A stretch of DNA of 64,000 nucleotides from Paraburkholderia sp. (GTDB taxonomy: Bacteria > Pseudomonadota > Gammaproteobacteria > Burkholderiales > Burkholderiaceae): NCBI RefSeq assembly GCF_028283785.1, contig NZ_JAPWKB010000003.1, forward strand, positions 111,211 through 175,210, in the 5' to 3' direction. The number at the start of each line of letters is the position of its first letter. Positions within the stretch are counted from its first letter, which is position 1. Shown piece by piece: positions 63,932-64,000 of this stretch. A program made the position numbers and the translations under genes. The notes under the pieces were generated by a model. That model was not told the origin of the DNA and did not search any database. It saw only the letters and a list, made by a program, of their open reading frames with translations.

Positions 63932-64000
63932 CCTACCACGAAATGGGCCTGTTCCTCACCATCATCGGCGTCATCGAAGTCGGTTTATGCCTAGGGGCTT
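63928..64000 (+). CDS. 5' fragment of a hydrophobic protein (continues past the window)
   Basis: GTG 63928 overlaps the upstream stop (GTGA). Translation VTYHEMGLFLTIIGVIEVGLCLGA. Confidence 0.25.
   Translation, partial: MTYHEMGLFLTIIGVIEVGLCLGA

Larger units (their letters stand above)
36735..64000. mobile_element. lambdoid prophage, left ~27 kb (attL side); continues past the window end
   Basis: Gene order is int-xis, leftward early genes (recombination, methylase), pL, cI, pR, cro, replication (dnaB), nin-like genes. Base composition is visibly less GC-rich than the flanking chromosome. Extensive ATGA/GTGA gene coupling. The left boundary is approximate because attR is not available. Confidence 0.9.

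Overview
High-GC (Burkholderia/Paraburkholderia-like) betaproteobacterial DNA in two parts. (A) 1-36.7 kb is ordinary chromosome. It holds a cytochrome b/molybdoenzyme pair, Lrp and OsmC genes, and an orphan FeeM-like N-acyltransferase. A 7TM-PAS-GGDEF-EAL gene is broken by a perfect 19-bp tandem duplication. Further along are a thioesterase with a multi-TM histidine kinase and an atypical response regulator, two LysR-controlled dehydrogenase units (aryl-alcohol and aldehyde dehydrogenases), an MCP and purU. A complete glycine-betaine/dimethylglycine catabolic island follows (SBP, gbcAB, etfBA-like, dgcAB, dipeptidase, gbdR). (B) From about 36.73 kb to the window end is the left ~27 kb of a lambdoid prophage, inserted inside an MFS transporter gene whose 5' end is missing. 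Its order is int-xis, then a long leftward early operon with dCMP-deaminase-like and C5-methyltransferase genes, several HNH endonucleases, an RlmN/Cfr-class radical SAM enzyme, and a YqaJ exonuclease + ERF recombinase. Next come a ~750-bp ORF-free hairpin-rich segment, pL, a HigB/HigA-like TA pair, a zinc-ribbon membrane protein and the cI/cro switch. The rightward part carries replication genes with iterons, dnaB, and a nin-like region with several reading-frame breaks. Most notable: the prophage RlmN/Cfr-like enzyme and its duplicated C-terminal tail on the neighbouring HNH gene, the ORF-free structured segment just downstream of pL, GTTTAAAC operators in both early promoters, iteron arrays inside the replication gene, and the 19-bp duplication in the c-di-GMP gene. 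All functional calls rest on motif recognition by eye; no database search was run.
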